Part shown: piece after piece, positions 60,668-64,000 of the stretch
Position numbering within the stretch: position 1 is the stretch's first letter
Layout: each line of letters starts with the position of its first letter
Virus record (IMG/VR): IMGVR_UViG_3300029288_000057
Location: 160,001 to 224,000 of that record
Strand: one strand, 5' to 3'
Origin: a virus
Taxonomy: Duplodnaviria; Caudoviricetes
DNA: 64,000 nucleotides
Notes under the pieces: generated by a model
What the model saw: only the letters and a program-made list of their open reading frames with translations
What the model was told of the DNA's origin: nothing
Databases searched by the model: none
Translations under genes and position numbers: made by a program

Positions 60668-60976
60668 ATGAACTCAGAACTTAAAAAATTCATCCAAGAA
60701 AAAGTAAAAAAACTTCATAGACTAACCATGTTAGAAGAGCAGAAAAAAGAAATTGAAGCTGATTTAAAACTTCTCGCAGAAAGTAAGACTACAGATAAGT
60801 GGATTCAAAAAGCAGTAGACCCAGAACATAAAGGATATTGTACTCCAATGACTAAGGCAACTTGTACACCAAAAAGAAAAGCTTTGGCAAAAAGATTTAA
60901 AAAGGGAATAGACGAAGAACTTGACTCAAAAGAAGAATCTACATTAGTTGATAAATCTAAAAAAGATAAAGAATAA
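60668..60976 (+). CDS. Small putative head protein
   Basis: ATG 60668 follows TATTTATA 60644-60651; KWIQKAVDPEHKGYCTPMTKATCTPKRKALAKRFKK basic module. Confidence 0.65.
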   Translation: MNSELKKFIQEKVKKLHRLTMLEEQKKEIEADLKLLAESKTTDKWIQKAVDPEHKGYCTPMTKATCTPKRKALAKRFKKGIDEELDSKEESTLVDKSKKDKE

Positions 60977-60980
60977 TCTT

Positions 60981-61712
60981 ATGATAAAAGACGGAAAATA
61001 TATAATTGCAGAATTCTATAGTTTTAAGCCAGATAATGCTAGAAAACTCATTAAAGAAGCTGAAGAAAGAGATGAACCAATTATTATGACTGGTATTTTG
61101 CAAAAAGCAAATACATTAAACAGAAATGGTAGGGTTTATCCATATGATATTTTAAGGAGAGAGGCCACCAATTACATGAAGTTAATCGAAGACGATTTGG
61201 CTGGCGGAGAATTAGACCACCCAGATTCAGCAGTGGTTTCTCTTACAAACACTTCTCACAAAGTTCTTGATATGTGGTGGCAGGGAGAAGAGTTATACGG
61301 GAAAATAATGATTGCATATACGAAATCTGGAGAGACATTAAAAGGATTGTTAAAAACAGGGTTTAGATTGGGAATTTCTTCAAGAGGGGTTGGTTCTGTA
61401 AAGACAATAAAAGGGGAAGATGTAGTACAAAATGATTTCGAATTAATAGCATTTGATTTTGTTTCATCACCATCAACTCCAGGGGCATATATGTACAGAG
61501 AAGGAAGAGAGTGGGGGCTAACTCCAATTACAGAAGAAAAATGGAGACAAATAAAGTGTGAAAACGGCATTTGTAGAGTGATTGAGTCCGTAGAATCTCC
61601 AAGAATTATTCTTCCAGAAGAAAAGGAAATTATACCAGCTACTGAATGTATGTGTGAAGGATACAAAAAGCTTTTTAATTTATCCAATAATGATTTTTGG
61701 AAAAAAATCTAA
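60981..61712 (+). CDS. gp21: Prohead core protease (T4 gp21-like)
   Basis: NRNGRVYP, GELDHP, SH, GISSRGVGS, FDFVSSPSTPGA. Confidence 0.95.
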   Translation: MIKDGKYIIAEFYSFKPDNARKLIKEAEERDEPIIMTGILQKANTLNRNGRVYPYDILRREATNYMKLIEDDLAGGELDHPDSAVVSLTNTSHKVLDMWWQGEELYGKIMIAYTKSGETLKGLLKTGFRLGISSRGVGSVKTIKGEDVVQNDFELIAFDFVSSPSTPGAYMYREGREWGLTPITEEKWRQIKCENGICRVIESVESPRIILPEEKEIIPATECMCEGYKKLFNLSNNDFWKKI

Positions 61713-61773
61713 TGAAAATTTAATTTTTACATTTTTTTTGATATTTATTAAAAAGTCTTAAATAATTACAACT

Positions 61774-63216
61774 ATGGACAAAACAAAAAAGACATCATTA
61801 GATGAAGCGAAAGCTAGTTTTGAAGAAATTAAAAAATTTGCAACCGAAGCGGCAAAAAAGGAATTTGAGAATGAGCTTAATGAAAAAGTTGACAAAATCT
61901 TAAAAGAATCTTTATCAGTTGACGTTGACGATGAAAATAACGTTACCATAGCCACAGATGAAAAAATTATTGATGTGACAAATAATGGAGAAGTTGAGGT
62001 TGAAGAAAAACCAGTAGATGATGAAATATCAATAAGTAATGATGATGATGAAGCAATTGAAATTGAAAAAAATATAGACGAAATGATAACATTTGAACAA
62101 GAACAAGCTCCAGAAGCAGCTCCAGTGGACGCTTCAATAGCACCATCTCCAGAAGCAATTCCAGGAGAAGCTCCAGTAGAAACTCCAGCGGAAGCTCCAG
62201 TTGAAGAACCTGTAGATGATGATGTTTTAAAACTCGCAAAACTTATTGACACAATAATTGATAAAAAGGTCAGTGGAGATGCTGGAACAGAACAAGGTGT
62301 TGATGTAGATTATATAGATGATGAAACATCAGCAGCGGCTCCTGCAGTAGACGTGCCACCAGCACCAGCCCCTGCGCCTGCAGCACCACCAATGGAGGAA
62401 GATGATGACCTTTTAGAATTTTCTTTAGAGGAAATCAAAGAGTGCGGTATGGGAGAAGGTGAAATGTTAGAATTTAACATTCCCGAAGAAAAAGAGAATA
62501 ATTATTTTGAAATAGATGTTGATGAAAATCCCGAAGCAATGTTACAAGCTGCTGGGGATATAGATAGAGAACCAGAATGGAAACAAGAGGTTCCTTCATT
62601 AGACATTCCATTAGTAAATGAAGAAGAGTTAGAAGAAGTAAAAATGAAAGGACAGTCATATGCAACACAAAGAGGTGCCGAAGTTAGTACTGGTCCAGAA
62701 AACGCTGTTCAAAACAGAGGAAGACAAAATGGTGTTGACAATGTTCCTCACACAAGATTAGAAGAATCAGAAAATAAAATAAAAGCTCAATACGAGTCTA
62801 AAATAGACGAGCTATCAAAGGAAAACAAACGTTTAAACGAATCTAACAAAGAGTTTGGTGAAGTTATTAAAAATTACCAAGAATCTTTTAAGGATTTAAG
62901 AAAACAATTCGATGAAATGCAAACCTTCAATGCAAAGTTAGCTTACGCCAATAAAATTTTTGCAAGCGGCGGCTTATCAACAACAGACAAAGCTAAAATA
63001 GCAGAAGAATTTGACAAAACTACAAACGTAGACGAAGCAAAGAAGCTTTATAATAAAATTTTAGAAGAAAACAAAATTGTCGTAAATAAAGACAATTCTT
63101 CAAAACTTAAAGCTCCTACCACAAACACAATTAAAGGAAAAGATGTGGTATTTGAAAGTGCTGAAATGAAACGTAGAAAAGTTTTAGCAGGAATCGATAA
63201 AAATGAAGATTGTTAA
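61774..63216 (+). CDS. Prohead scaffolding/core protein (gp22-like)
   Basis: Very acidic, Pro/Ala linkers, C-terminal coiled coil (FNAKLAYANKIF); between protease and capsid genes. Confidence 0.8.
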   Translation: MDKTKKTSLDEAKASFEEIKKFATEAAKKEFENELNEKVDKILKESLSVDVDDENNVTIATDEKIIDVTNNGEVEVEEKPVDDEISISNDDDEAIEIEKNIDEMITFEQEQAPEAAPVDASIAPSPEAIPGEAPVETPAEAPVEEPVDDDVLKLAKLIDTIIDKKVSGDAGTEQGVDVDYIDDETSAAAPAVDVPPAPAPAPAAPPMEEDDDLLEFSLEEIKECGMGEGEMLEFNIPEEKENNYFEIDVDENPEAMLQAAGDIDREPEWKQEVPSLDIPLVNEEELEEVKMKGQSYATQRGAEVSTGPENAVQNRGRQNGVDNVPHTRLEESENKIKAQYESKIDELSKENKRLNESNKEFGEVIKNYQESFKDLRKQFDEMQTFNAKLAYANKIFASGGLSTTDKAKIAEEFDKTTNVDEAKKLYNKILEENKIVVNKDNSSKLKAPTTNTIKGKDVVFESAEMKRRKVLAGIDKNEDC

Positions 63217-63235
63217 TAATTTAAAAATTTTAAAC

Positions 63236-63243
63236 TATTTATA
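63236..63243 (+). promoter_or_regulatory. Late promoter TATTTATA of the capsid gene
   Basis: 38 nt before ATG 63282. Confidence 0.7.
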
Positions 63244-63281
63244 ATTTTCAAACAAAAAATAAACTTAAAAAAATTAAAACA

Positions 63282-64000
63282 ATGAGTGAATTATTAAACA
63301 GCGGTAAAGTAGGTTTGACAGTGTTCAAAGACTTAGCCGAACAAAGAAAAGCAATCGTTAGAAACTGGAGTGAATCTGGTTTGCTTGAAAACCTTAATGG
63401 TATGAAGAAAACTAACATTGCACAACTTTTAGAAAACCAAGCGCATCACATGTTAAATGAAGTAACATTAGATGCATCAGCAGGTAGATTTGACACAGTA
63501 GCTTTCCCAATAGTACGTAGGGTTTTCTCTCGTCTTTTAGCTAATGAAATCGTATCTGTACAACCTTTAGCTCTTCCTTCAGGACTTTTGTTCTACATGG
63601 ATGCAAGAGTATCTTATGCAGGTTCTGACAATACACAGGCCAATCCAGTTTCTCACGAAACAGCATGGCAAACTGCAAACGGAAGAATGAGTAAAGTTGC
63701 TCCAGCTAATACAGCAAATGGACAAGCTGGTCCTACATTCTGTAACACAACTGCATACGAAAGATTCTATAACAATAGAGGTTTCGATTTGTCATTTGGT
63801 ACAGGTGAAACAGCTCAGGGAACCGCTTATCCATTAACAATTTCTGGAAGCAGTTTTTCAAACGGTCTCGCTGCAGTAAGCGACCTCGCTTTAGGAACAG
63901 GATTTGATGTAAGTAAACAACAATCAAGTGCAACTGTAAGATTTTCTGCTCACACTGCAGTTTATTACAGTGCAGGTTCACAAAACATCCTTATCGTAGC
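63282..64000 (+). CDS. gp23: Major capsid protein (T4 gp23-like), 3'-truncated, missing from ORF track
   Basis: Hand translation: MSELLNSG..WSESGLLE..IAQLLENQ..AFPIVRRVF..LANEIVSVQPLALPSGLLFYMD; open to the window end. Confidence 0.95.
   Translation, partial: MSELLNSGKVGLTVFKDLAEQRKAIVRNWSESGLLENLNGMKKTNIAQLLENQAHHMLNEVTLDASAGRFDTVAFPIVRRVFSRLLANEIVSVQPLALPSGLLFYMDARVSYAGSDNTQANPVSHETAWQTANGRMSKVAPANTANGQAGPTFCNTTAYERFYNNRGFDLSFGTGETAQGTAYPLTISGSSFSNGLAAVSDLALGTGFDVSKQQSSATVRFSAHTAVYYSAGSQNILIV

Noticed and set aside
613-63981. Many short antisense or nested ORFs in the track (e.g. 29187..29837, 28102..28611, 24563..25006, 61758..62252)
   Set aside because: Shadows of well-supported genes on the opposite strand, no motifs, mostly non-ATG starts
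1-64000. Stop-codon reassignment as in some jumbo phages
   Set aside because: Genes are full length and densely packed under the standard code; TAG and TGA both end genes at operon junctions
1-64000. Eukaryotic giant virus origin because of the glycosylation genes
   Set aside because: T4-like gp23, gp21, gp6, gp25, sigma factor, overlapping operonic genes and intrinsic terminators indicate a tailed bacteriophage

Overview
AT-rich segment of a large T4-like (myovirus) jumbo phage genome, standard genetic code, probably infecting a Bacteroidota-like host (no Shine-Dalgarno motifs, A-rich translation starts, TAnnTTTG-type promoters; inference). 1-19.5 kb: tail/baseplate genes (gp6-, gp25-, gp5-like, Ig/FN3/InlB/DNRLRE-type virion proteins). 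About 20 kb: gp55-like late sigma factor. 20.5-49 kb: a roughly 28 kb minus-strand glycan-synthesis island (Gmd, ColD-type dehydratase, Fcl/ColC, GT11, two GT10s, NeuA/NeuB, a Maf/GT42-like transferase, two cobalamin radical SAMs, a SPASM radical SAM, a class IV aminotransferase, methyl- and acetyltransferases, many GTs). 49-64 kb: head-associated proteins, PhoH, ADP-ribosylglycohydrolase, a vWA protein, prohead protease, scaffold and the start of the major capsid protein. Four free-standing homing endonucleases are present. Best candidate for a new system: a phage-encoded pathway for colitose plus a radical-SAM/aminotransferase-tailored nonulosonic acid, with dedicated transferases. Also seen: a late-promoter motif TATTTATA (reverse complement of the T4 late promoter), a second host-type promoter class driving the island, apparent GATC avoidance, a miniature gp13, shared head-targeting motifs and a homopolymer frameshift. 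All protein calls are from motif recognition by eye; no searches were run.
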